A stretch of DNA of 64,000 nt from Eubacteriales bacterium (GTDB lineage Bacteria > Bacillota > Clostridia > Oscillospirales > CAG-272). The first letter of the stretch is position 1. The number at the start of each line of letters is the position of its first letter. The stretch is taken from the NCBI GenBank assembly GCA_045128735.1, contig JBGVRT010000120.1, positions 48,883-112,882 of the forward strand, in the 5' to 3' direction. Positions 56,617 to 64,000 of this stretch are shown here, piece by piece. Made by a program: the position numbers and the translations under genes. Under the pieces are notes generated by a model. It ran no database searches, was not told the DNA's origin, and was given only the letters and a program-made list of their open reading frames with translations.

Positions 56617-58542
56617 ATGAAATGTATACATCTTGACTTTCATACAAGCCCCGATATTCCCGACATCGGTGCGCAGTTTGACAAAGAGGAGTTTACAAGA
56701 ACTCTAAAGGAAGCAAAGGTCGATCTGGTAAATGTATTCGGCAAGTGCCACCACGGATATACATATTATCCTTCAAAGGTTGGTACAATGCACCCGAATC
56801 TTAAGTTTAATCTTCTTAAAGAGCAGATTGAGGCGATTCACGCCGCAGGGGCAAAAGCTCCCATATACCTGACAGTAGGCTGGAGCAAAAAGGATGCCGA
56901 CGAGCATCCCGAGTGGCACTATATAGATTTTGCAACAAAGCAGCCGCTTTATTACGGTTCTGTTCCCTCGGATGACCTTGACGAAGCGATTAAAGATTGC
57001 TCGTGGACAACCCTCTGTCCGTCAGGTCCCTACCTTGAGCACCTTAAAGCACTTACCCACGAGATTTGTCAGGAATTCGCTCCCGTTGACGGTATTTTCT
57101 ATGATATTTTCCTTATGAAGGATGCCTGCGTATGCGAGGCGTGCAAAAAGGGAATGAGAGAAATGGGGCTTGATCCCGAGGTGCTTGCGGATGCACAGAA
57201 ATACTACAGAATAAAGCGAATTGAGGACATGAAGATACTTTCGGGTATAGTTCACAGCTACAATCCCGAAGCCACGGTGTTCTATAACAGCGGCGGAGCT
57301 GATATGAACCGCCCTGAATACCATCCTTATTCCACGCATTACGAGCTTGAGGATCTTCCCACAGCCTGGGCGGGCTATGACGTAATGCCTATCCGCGCGA
57401 AGTTCTTTGAAAAGTACGGTAAGGAATTTATAGGTATGACGGGTAAATTCCACCATAACTGGGGTGAATTTGGCGGCTTTAAGAATAAGAATGCCCTTAA
57501 ATATGAGGTTGCCGATATGATGAGCGTCGGTGCGTCTATGAGTATAGGCGACCATCTCCATCCCTCGGGACAGATTGACGAAAGCACTTATGCCGAGATA
57601 GGTTATGCCTTTGATTATATTTCTCAAATCGAGAAGTACGGGGAGGGTACAAAGCCCTATACCGACCTTGCTATTTGGCTTCGTCACCAAAAGGATTCCG
57701 ATTTCGGTACGTCCAAGCTTCTTCATATAATGCATCTTGAATATGACGTTATTGATTCAAGCGAAAATCTTTCGAAGTACAAGTGCGTTATCCTTCCCGA
57801 CGCGGTCAAGCTCAGCGATGCCGACAAAAAGGCACTTGTGGAGTATACCGAAAAGGGCGGCAAGATAGTCGCAAGCTACGCAAGTATCTTTGACGAGCTG
57901 GGTATTGAGAAAATCGAGCCCTCGCAGTACGATAAGGACTACATTCGTTGTGAGCTTGAGGATAACGTAACGCCGTTCCTCTCTTATTCAAGTGCGTATA
58001 AGGTAAAGACCGACGGCGAGGTTTTGGCTGACGTCTACGAGCCTTATTTCAACCGCACGTGGCGTCATTTCTGCGGTCATAAGAATACTCCGTTCAAGAC
58101 CGAAAAAGCAGAATATCCCGCACTTGTAAAGAAGGGCAACGTCGTTTACTTTGCTCATCCTGTTTTCGAGGCTTATAACAAGTCGGGTAACTACGTTCTT
58201 GAAAGATACGTTATGAAGGGAATCGACCTTGCGTATGACAGAGGCATAAAGGTCGAGAATCTTCCGTCCTGCGGACGCGTGAGACTCAGAAAGAGCGATG
58301 GCGGAAAATTCTTTGCCCTTCACGTTCTTTACGCTCCTCCCATAAACCGCGGAAACGTTTGCCTGCTTGAGGATTTCCCGACGCTTCATGATGTTAAGTT
58401 TACCGTAAAGGTCAACGAAAAAATCAAGGAAGTCGTTATGGAGCCCGAGGGCGAAACGCTTGAGTTCACACAAAACGGCGATGAAGTAACCTTTACACTT
58501 AATCCATTCAATCTTCATAAGCTTGTTGTTTTGAAGTGGTAA
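56617..58542 (+). CDS. putative glycoside hydrolase (GH42-like/GHL6-type TIM barrel with beta-galactosidase-trimerisation-like domain)
   Basis: 641 aa. The N-terminus CIHLDFHTSPDIPDIG... is recalled from hypothetical-glycosidase families, but specificity is unknown. Strong GGGAGGA RBS. Confidence 0.5.
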   Translation: MKCIHLDFHTSPDIPDIGAQFDKEEFTRTLKEAKVDLVNVFGKCHHGYTYYPSKVGTMHPNLKFNLLKEQIEAIHAAGAKAPIYLTVGWSKKDADEHPEWHYIDFATKQPLYYGSVPSDDLDEAIKDCSWTTLCPSGPYLEHLKALTHEICQEFAPVDGIFYDIFLMKDACVCEACKKGMREMGLDPEVLADAQKYYRIKRIEDMKILSGIVHSYNPEATVFYNSGGADMNRPEYHPYSTHYELEDLPTAWAGYDVMPIRAKFFEKYGKEFIGMTGKFHHNWGEFGGFKNKNALKYEVADMMSVGASMSIGDHLHPSGQIDESTYAEIGYAFDYISQIEKYGEGTKPYTDLAIWLRHQKDSDFGTSKLLHIMHLEYDVIDSSENLSKYKCVILPDAVKLSDADKKALVEYTEKGGKIVASYASIFDELGIEKIEPSQYDKDYIRCELEDNVTPFLSYSSAYKVKTDGEVLADVYEPYFNRTWRHFCGHKNTPFKTEKAEYPALVKKGNVVYFAHPVFEAYNKSGNYVLERYVMKGIDLAYDRGIKVENLPSCGRVRLRKSDGGKFFALHVLYAPPINRGNVCLLEDFPTLHDVKFTVKVNEKIKEVVMEPEGETLEFTQNGDEVTFTLNPFNLHKLVVLKW

Positions 58543-58598
58543 ATTGAATAAATCAAGGCGATGCTCCGAAAACTAAGAAAAAAGGAAGGAGTATCGCC

Positions 58599-58829
58599 TT
58601 GAAATTTTGTCTTGAAGAAAAGCTCGCCGAGCTGAAAAAGCCTACGGTAAAAAACAAAATGAATTGGAGCATCGAGGTTTATAAGGACAGCACGCAATCA
58701 ACGCCCGAAATGAATTTCGATCTTTGCAGTAATACAGAATTCAAGCTTATAACCGCTGTGGCGGTGGTTGCCGCCGCAGTTGCCGTAACTTGCGCGGTGC
58801 ATAAGCTTTGCAGACTTTTTTCTAAATAA
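58599..58829 (+). CDS. hypothetical small tail-anchored membrane protein
   Basis: TTG start 7 nt after AAGGAAGGAG, C-terminal helix LITAVAVVAAAVAVTCAV, strong terminator immediately downstream. Confidence 0.4.
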   Translation: MKFCLEEKLAELKKPTVKNKMNWSIEVYKDSTQSTPEMNFDLCSNTEFKLITAVAVVAAAVAVTCAVHKLCRLFSK

Positions 58830-58832
58830 CCG

Positions 58833-58858
58833 AAAAGGGGCTTTGCGCCCCTTTTATT
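58833..58858 (+). terminator. rho-independent terminator
   Basis: AAAAGGGGC-tttgc-GCCCCTTTT. Confidence 0.8.
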
Positions 58859-58950
58859 ATGTTTTTCGGATAAAAGGAGTTATAAATATTGACTTTTTTG
58901 CCTACTGATGATAAAATAAAATTGAAAAATAATTGGTAAAGAGGTAAATT

Positions 58951-60570
58951 ATGAGAAGATATACAATCGGAATTGACTTTGGTACGCTGTCAGCCAGGGC
59001 AGTTTTGCTTAATGCTGATAACGGCAACGAGGTCGCAAGCGCGGAGCAGATCTATTCCCACGCGGTTATGAGTGAAAAAATCCCTTGTGGGGTAGCCCTT
59101 GAGGCGGACGTTGCGCTTCAACATCCGCAGGATTACCTCGACGCTCTTTCCTATACCGTTAAAAAGGTGGTTGAGGAAGGCGGCGCAAAGCCCGACGAGG
59201 TGCTCGGTATTGGTATTGACTTTACCGCGTGCACGGTTCTTCCGGTTGATAAAAGCTTTTCTCCTCTTTGCTTTGACAGTAAATTTGAGGATATTCCGTA
59301 TGCCTATGCAAAGCTGTGGAAGCACCACGCCGCACAGAAGCAGGCTGACCGCATAACTGAGCTTGCCCGTAAACGCGGCGCAGAGTGGCTTTCAGCCTTT
59401 GGCGGAACAGTGTCCTCCGAGTGGCTTTTGCCCAAGCTTCTTGAAACGCTTGAAAAAGCCCCCGAGGTGTTTGAAGCGGCAGAATACTTTGTTGAGGCAG
59501 GCGATTGGCTTGTCTGGTTGCTTACGGGTAAAAACGTCCGTAGCGCGTGTATGGCAGGCTTTAAGGGTTTGTGGCGCGACAAGACGGGCTATCTTGACAA
59601 TGAGTTTTTGGCAGAGATTGCCCCCGAATTTGAAAATATATACGAAAACAAGCTTAGCGGTGACGTACTTCCCTCGGGTACGCTTGCGGGCAGAATGACA
59701 GCCGAGGGTGCCAAGCTTCTCGGACTGAACGAGGGCACGGCAGTGTCGGTTCCCGTAATTGATGCACACGCCGCACTCCCCGCGGTGGGAATTGCCGAGG
59801 TCGGCAAGCTTATGCTTATCATAGGTACGTCCTGTTGTCATATCGTTATGGACGAAAACGACTTTAACATCGAAGGTCTTTTCGGAAAAGTTGGAAACGG
59901 ACTCGTTCCCGGATACGTTGTATATGAGGCAGGGCAGGGATGCGTTGGCGACCTTTTCGATTGGTTTATGAAAAATTGCGTTCCAAACAGCTACGCAGAA
60001 GAAGCCAAGGAAAAGGGCGTAAGTCTGTTCGACTTGCTTGAAGAAAAGGCACGCGCGGTTGTTGCGGGCGAAAACAAGGTCTTTGCGTTGGATTGGTGGA
60101 ACGGAAATAGAACTCCATATAACGATAGCTCGCTCAGCGGCTCGCTGTTCGGTCTCACCTTTGCCACTAAGCCCGAGGAAATATACCTTGCGCTTATTGA
60201 GTCGGTGGCGTTTGGCACAAAGACAATCGTCGATTTGTTCGAAAAGGGCGGAATAAAGATTTCCGAGTGTTTTGCAGGAGGCGGAATAGCCGTGAAAAAT
60301 AAACTGCTTATGCAGATCTTTGCCGACGTTACAGGGAAAGAAATAAAGGTTACCGATTGCACCCAGGCGGGTGCTGTTGGAAGTGCTATTTTTGCTGCTG
60401 CGGCAACGGGAATATACGGAGATATTAAGGATACTGTCAAGAAGCTTGGCAGATCTTGCAGTACCGAATACGTACCAAATTACGAGAACACTCAAAAATA
60501 TTCCGCGGCATATGAACGGTATAAAAAGTTTTCAGAGCTTTTTGCTAAAGAGATAAAACACTATTTTTAA
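58951..60570 (+). CDS. araB: ribulokinase (FGGY family)
   Basis: 539 aa, YTIGIDFGTLSARAV..., overall AraB-type length and blocks (GTSCCH, DWWNGNRTP). Confidence 0.88.
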   Translation: MRRYTIGIDFGTLSARAVLLNADNGNEVASAEQIYSHAVMSEKIPCGVALEADVALQHPQDYLDALSYTVKKVVEEGGAKPDEVLGIGIDFTACTVLPVDKSFSPLCFDSKFEDIPYAYAKLWKHHAAQKQADRITELARKRGAEWLSAFGGTVSSEWLLPKLLETLEKAPEVFEAAEYFVEAGDWLVWLLTGKNVRSACMAGFKGLWRDKTGYLDNEFLAEIAPEFENIYENKLSGDVLPSGTLAGRMTAEGAKLLGLNEGTAVSVPVIDAHAALPAVGIAEVGKLMLIIGTSCCHIVMDENDFNIEGLFGKVGNGLVPGYVVYEAGQGCVGDLFDWFMKNCVPNSYAEEAKEKGVSLFDLLEEKARAVVAGENKVFALDWWNGNRTPYNDSSLSGSLFGLTFATKPEEIYLALIESVAFGTKTIVDLFEKGGIKISECFAGGGIAVKNKLLMQIFADVTGKEIKVTDCTQAGAVGSAIFAAAATGIYGDIKDTVKKLGRSCSTEYVPNYENTQKYSAAYERYKKFSELFAKEIKHYF

Positions 60571-60593
60571 TATTTACTAAAGGTAGAAAAATT

Positions 60594-61313
60594 ATGCAGA
60601 TTTTGGCAATAGGAAACAGCTTTTCACAGGACGCAACAGCGTATCTCAGAAAAATTTCAGATGTAGCTAAAGAAAATATTACGGTTGTTAACCTTGTTAT
60701 CGGAGGATGCCCGCTTTCGAAGCATTACAGAAATATGCTTTCGGGTGAAAAGGCTTATTCAATGGAATTCAACGGACAGGCTACGGGATTTTTCATGTCT
60801 CTTGATGAAGCACTCCTTTCGCGTGATTGGGACGTTATAACTATACAGCAGGCAAGTCATTTCTCATTCAAATACGATACCTATCAGCCTTATCTTGACT
60901 CGCTTGCCAATTATATCCGCGAGTGCGCCCCCAAGGCAAAGCTTATGATTCACGAAACCTGGGCATACGAGGAGGGAAGCGACAGACTTCTCAAGCTTGC
61001 GGGGTTTGAAAAGAGAGTAGATATGTATAATGACCTTCACGCGGCATACGTGCAGGCGGTTCAGAATATAAACGCTGACGGAATCATTCCCTCGGGTACG
61101 CTTATGCAAAAGCTTATTGAAAACGGCGTAACAAGACTCCACCGCGATACATTCCACGCCTCACTCGATATCGGCAGGTACGCGCTTGCGCTTTTGTGGT
61201 TTAAGTGCCTTACGGGTAAATCCGTACTTGACAATAGCTTCATATGCCCCATCGGCGAGATAAGCGATGAGGAATACGCCATAATCAAAAAGTGCGTAGA
61301 GGAGCTTGCTTAA
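60594..61313 (+). CDS. DUF4886/SGNH-hydrolase-like protein
   Basis: MQILAIGNSFSQDATAYL... (a GNSFS block instead of GDS), 239 aa. Confidence 0.6.
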   Translation: MQILAIGNSFSQDATAYLRKISDVAKENITVVNLVIGGCPLSKHYRNMLSGEKAYSMEFNGQATGFFMSLDEALLSRDWDVITIQQASHFSFKYDTYQPYLDSLANYIRECAPKAKLMIHETWAYEEGSDRLLKLAGFEKRVDMYNDLHAAYVQAVQNINADGIIPSGTLMQKLIENGVTRLHRDTFHASLDIGRYALALLWFKCLTGKSVLDNSFICPIGEISDEEYAIIKKCVEELA

Positions 61314-61340
61314 AAAATAAAGGAAATTTCCGAAAAACTA

Positions 61341-61368
61341 TTGACAAATCACAAAAATGTGGTAAAAT
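61341..61368 (+). promoter_or_regulatory. promoter of the T-box leader
   Basis: TTGACA (61341-61346), 16-nt spacer, TGgTAAAAT (-10 at 61363-61368). Confidence 0.6.
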
Positions 61369-61394
61369 ACTCATATAGATATTAAACCGATGAT

Positions 61395-61640
61395 TAAGAA
61401 TAGTAGTTTACGCCTTGTGTTCACAGAGAGCCGTCGGGGGTGGAAGTACGGCAACGCGAACGTAGATGAATGGGCTTATGAGGGCGGTCGAAAGCGGTAA
61501 CGCAAGTAGCAACCGACGGGAGCTGACCCGTTATAAACAGAAGTACATGAAGTGTACAATGAGTGGACGCTATGCGTCAATTTGGGTGGTACCGCAGGAT
61601 TTAACGTCTTGTCCCTTAAATTTTAGGGACAAGACTTTTT
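61395..61640 (+). promoter_or_regulatory. T-box riboswitch leader, Trp specifier (UGG)
   Basis: Stem I AGAGAG...GGTGGAAG. Specifier loop GAA-TGG-G (TGG at 61471-61473). AGTA box (AAGTAGCAAC) and F-box CCGTTA. T-box sequence AATTTGGGTGGTACCGCAG (61579-61597). Terminator GTCTTGTCCCT-N9-AGGGACAAGAC followed by TTTTT (61606-61640). Confidence 0.9.
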
Positions 61641-61737
61641 ATTTGGAGGAAAAGATGGTACTTGACAGACGATGGCGGCGTTAAGCAAAGTAAGCAACAT
61701 AAAAATATAATTGAAAAATAATTTGGAGGAAATAAAA

Positions 61738-62958
61738 ATGAAATTTAACGGCGTTGATTTTGATACTTATTTTAACAACTATCCCGATAAGAACGGTTAC
61801 TTTGGCAAATACGGCGGTGTTTATATCGACGAAAAGCTTAAGGCGGCTATGGCTGATATAACAGAGGCTTATTTCTCTATCTGTCAGTCGAGGAAATTTA
61901 TTGCCGAGCTCCGCAGAATTAGAAAGGAGTTTCAGGGCAGACCCACACCCGTGTCGCACCTTGAAAGACTTTCCGACGCACTTGGCGGTAAGGTACAGCT
62001 TTACGCAAAGCGTGAGGATCTGAACCACTCGGGCGCACATAAGCTTAACCACTGTATGGGCGAGGCTCTCCTTGCAAAATATATGGGCAAGAAGAAGGTT
62101 ATCGCCGAAACAGGCGCAGGTCAGCACGGTGTTGCGCTTGCAACCGCGGCGGCATATTTCGGTCTTGAATGTGATATCTATATGGGAACTGTGGATATTA
62201 AAAAGCAGGCTCCCAACGTAGCGAGAATGAAGATTCTCGGCGCAAACGTTATCGAGGTAACTCACGGACTTCAGACGCTCAAAGAGGCTGTTGACGCGGC
62301 ATTTGACGCATATAGCAAGGAGTATAAGGACTCTATCTATTGCATTGGCTCGGTTCTCGGTCCTCACCCCTTCCCGATGATGGTGCGTGATTTCCAGAGC
62401 GTTGTCGGCGTAGAGGCAAGAGAGCAGTTTATTGATATGACAGGACACCTTCCCACAGCCATCGTTGCCTGCGTGGGCGGCGGTTCCAATGCGGCAGGAC
62501 TTTTCTCGGGCTTCCTTAACGACCCCGTTGATATTTACGGTGTCGAGCCTCTCGGCAGAGGTCCCAAGCTTGGCGACCATGCCGCAAGCCTTAAATACGG
62601 AACAGAGGGAATTATGCATGGCTTTAACAGCATAATGCTTAAGGACGAAAACGGTGAGCCCGCACCCGTTTACTCGGTTGCAAGCGGACTTGACTATCCT
62701 TCCTCGGGTCCCGAGCACGCGTTCCTTCAGGAGATAGGCAGAGTTAAGTACGACGTTATCGACGACGAGGAAACTATCGACGCATTCTTCAAGCTTTCGA
62801 GAATGGAGGGCATAATTCCCGCAATCGAGAGCGCCCACGCCGTAGCTTACGGTATGAAGCTTGCTAAAACTCTTGATAAAGGCTCTGTTCTTATCAACCT
62901 TTCGGGTAGAGGAGATAAGGATATGGACTACGTTATCGAAAATTACGGTATCAGATAA
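61738..62958 (+). CDS. trpB: tryptophan synthase beta chain (stand-alone)
   Basis: PLP-lysine block [25 protein letters not shown]. Start at ATG 61738 behind TTGGAGGAA. No trpA is adjacent. Confidence 0.92.
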   Translation: MKFNGVDFDTYFNNYPDKNGYFGKYGGVYIDEKLKAAMADITEAYFSICQSRKFIAELRRIRKEFQGRPTPVSHLERLSDALGGKVQLYAKREDLNHSGAHKLNHCMGEALLAKYMGKKKVIAETGAGQHGVALATAAAYFGLECDIYMGTVDIKKQAPNVARMKILGANVIEVTHGLQTLKEAVDAAFDAYSKEYKDSIYCIGSVLGPHPFPMMVRDFQSVVGVEAREQFIDMTGHLPTAIVACVGGGSNAAGLFSGFLNDPVDIYGVEPLGRGPKLGDHAASLKYGTEGIMHGFNSIMLKDENGEPAPVYSVASGLDYPSSGPEHAFLQEIGRVKYDVIDDEETIDAFFKLSRMEGIIPAIESAHAVAYGMKLAKTLDKGSVLINLSGRGDKDMDYVIENYGIR

Positions 62959-62962
62959 AAGC

Positions 62963-62991
62963 AAAAGGCTGTCGTTACGACAGCCTTTTTT
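62963..62991. terminator. bidirectional terminator between trpB and the XRE gene
   Basis: AAAAGGCTGTC-gttac-GACAGCCTTTTTT; the minus-strand TAA stop lies in the loop. Confidence 0.8.
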
Positions 62992-63217
62992 CGATTTCCA
63001 TAACAATGTCACTCATGTTTACACCAAGCGCACAGCTTATTTTGTAAAGCGTTTCAAGTGTCGGTTTTCTCTCACCGCGTTCAATGGCACTCAAATGTGT
63101 TCTGCCAATGTCGGCTAACCCGCTTAACACCTCTTGAGAAATTTTTTTGCTTTTTCTGAAATGAGCTATTACTTCTCCGACTTTTACGGAGTCCAAATAA
63201 TTATCTGCCAAAATCAT
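62975..63217 (-). CDS. XRE-family HTH transcriptional regulator (80 aa)
   Basis: ISQEVLSGLADIGRTHLSAIERGERKPTLETLYKISCALGV. Start at ATG 63217 behind GTGAGGTG; the ORF-track extension to 63454 is rejected. Confidence 0.85.
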   Translation of the reverse strand: MILADNYLDSVKVGEVIAHFRKSKKISQEVLSGLADIGRTHLSAIERGERKPTLETLYKISCALGVNMSDIVMEIEKRLS

Positions 63218-63255
63218 CACCTCACAAAAATAGTTTACTATATTTTGTGAGAAAT

Positions 63256-63298
63256 AATGAATACATATGTTGACAAATGAACACATATGTGTTATAAT
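63256..63298 (+). promoter_or_regulatory. consensus promoter flanked and overlapped by two AATGAAyACATATGT direct repeats
   Basis: Repeats at 63256-63270 and 63276-63290 (20-bp period), each containing the palindrome ACATATGT. TTGACA (63270-63275), 17-nt spacer, TATAAT (63293-63298). Confidence 0.65.
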
Positions 63299-63331
63299 TG
63301 ACGTGTCATCAATAGAAAAGGAGAAAATGAT

Positions 63332-63847
63332 ATGAAAAAAGGAAAAAAGAAAATAATTATAATAATTGCTGTTGTTATAGTTGCTTTGATAGTAATCGGC
63401 TCTATGACGGGGGGCGATGAACCCACTGGTGAAAGCCAAGTATCGGAAAACCAAGGTGTAGAAAGTGCAGCTCCATCTAATACATCAAATCTTGGCGATT
63501 ATGAAGTGGTTATAGACAGTTGTAGGCTGGCTGAAAGTTATGATGGTAAACCAATTGTTATTGTGAAATACATATACACTAACAACGATGATGTTTCTAC
63601 TTCATTCAGCACTGCACTTAAAGATAGCGTATATCAAGACGGAATAGGACTTAATGAGTGCTATGTAGCTGATGATTCAGCGAATTATTCGATGGATAAT
63701 CAAATTAAAGAAATCAAGAAAGGCGCTACATTAGACGTAGAGGTTGCGTATGAACTTAACGACACCACAACGGATATTGAAGTAGAGGTTTCGGAGTGGC
63801 TCAGTTTCAGCGATAGAAAAGTTACTAAAATCTTTAGCATAAAGTAA
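63332..63847 (+). CDS. membrane-anchored DUF4352/DUF5067-like protein
   Basis: N-terminal KKGKKK plus a TM helix, then GDYEVVIDSCRLAESYDGKPIVIVKYIYTNN..., a pattern recalled from the DUF5067/DUF4352 Ig-like families. Confidence 0.6.
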   Translation: MKKGKKKIIIIIAVVIVALIVIGSMTGGDEPTGESQVSENQGVESAAPSNTSNLGDYEVVIDSCRLAESYDGKPIVIVKYIYTNNDDVSTSFSTALKDSVYQDGIGLNECYVADDSANYSMDNQIKEIKKGATLDVEVAYELNDTTTDIEVEVSEWLSFSDRKVTKIFSIK

Positions 63848-63867
63848 AAAAAACAGAATTGATGACT

Positions 63868-63893
63868 AAAAGCCCCGCAGTTGCGGGGCTTTT
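63868..63893. terminator. bidirectional terminator
   Basis: AAAAGCCCCGC-agtt-GCGGGGCTTTT. Confidence 0.85.
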
Positions 63894-63899
63894 ATATGC

Positions 63900-64000
63900 C
63901 TATTGTACCTGATAAACAATCTTTCCGTCCTTTGCACTTGCCGTGACCTTTTCGCCTGCTTTTATTTTTCCCTCAAGCATTTCGGTGGAGAAGCTGTCCT
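63900..64000 (-). CDS. C-terminal end of a Clp/Hsp100 AAA+ chaperone (ClpB-like); 5' part outside the window
   Basis: Own minus-strand translation gives ...DSFSTEMLEGKIKAGEKVTASAKDGKIVYQVQ*, which resembles the ...L.G.I..G..V.......I...Q C-terminus of ClpB/ClpC proteins. Confidence 0.45.
   Translation of the reverse strand, partial: DSFSTEMLEGKIKAGEKVTASAKDGKIVYQVQ

Noticed and set aside
1-64000. Scan for CRISPR arrays, rRNA, tmRNA/RNase P-like RNAs, integrases and toxin-antitoxin pairs
   Set aside because: I could see no regularly spaced direct repeats, no rRNA-like conserved blocks, no integrase/recombinase ORF and no compact two-gene TA-like pair other than the XRE cassette, whose partner is an exported protein. 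A covariance-model scan would be needed to exclude small structured RNAs.

Overview
This is a chromosomal window from a Firmicutes, Clostridia-like anaerobe; that assignment is inferred from gene content, TGnTATAAT-type promoters and riboswitch/T-box usage. The first ~31 kb is core housekeeping. It holds a partial aspartokinase gene, an ABC exporter, rpsT, rpoB-rpoC, the str operon (rpsL-rpsG-fusA-tuf), FMN riboswitch-ribU, SAM-I riboswitch-metK, recD2-comFC, mreB, pepD, an MFS transporter, a minus-strand DUF3006-plsY-methyltransferase-FolC-like operon, and galT. The remainder is more accessory:
- an O-antigen-ligase-like membrane protein;
- a YtrA/GntR-controlled ABC operon ending in an uncharacterised 464-aa exported protein;
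- an AT-rich IS30-like transposase remnant;
- a DUF3343 and cysteine-desulfurase pair;
- murE with DNPD in place of the DNPR motif;
- four sugar-related loci: SDR/TIM/TIM/Gfo; an HTH-PfkB kinase with class II aldolase and cupin lyxose-type isomerase; an AraC-controlled IlvD-Edd dehydratase with DapA-like aldolase and SDR plus a GH-like gene; and an orphan araB;
- an EtfB/EtfA(ferredoxin domain)/GlcD-like lactate-dehydrogenase-type cluster;
- a monocistronic tRNA-Arg(ACG);
- a Trp T-box in front of an orphan trpB;
- an XRE regulator diverging from a DUF4352/DUF5067-like gene.

I saw no rRNA, CRISPR array, intact IS or prophage. The observations I rate highest are:
- a ~100-bp palindromic intergenic repeat family with 12-bp terminal inverted repeats, present as one intact copy, a cluster of three degenerate copies and one fragment;
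- the fusion of an XRE HTH to an apparently intact PfkB kinase at the head of a three-gene rare-sugar module;
- a shared AAAAAG(TC/CT)AT motif abutting the -35 of two promoters near the AraC gene;
- paired GTATTA-N6-TAATAC operators on the GntR operon promoter;
- classical resistance-type residues in RpoB (Ser at the E. coli R529 position) and RpsL (Arg at the K88 position).

The many very long antisense ORFs in the track are codon-register artefacts. All functional calls come from motif recognition by eye; no database search was possible.
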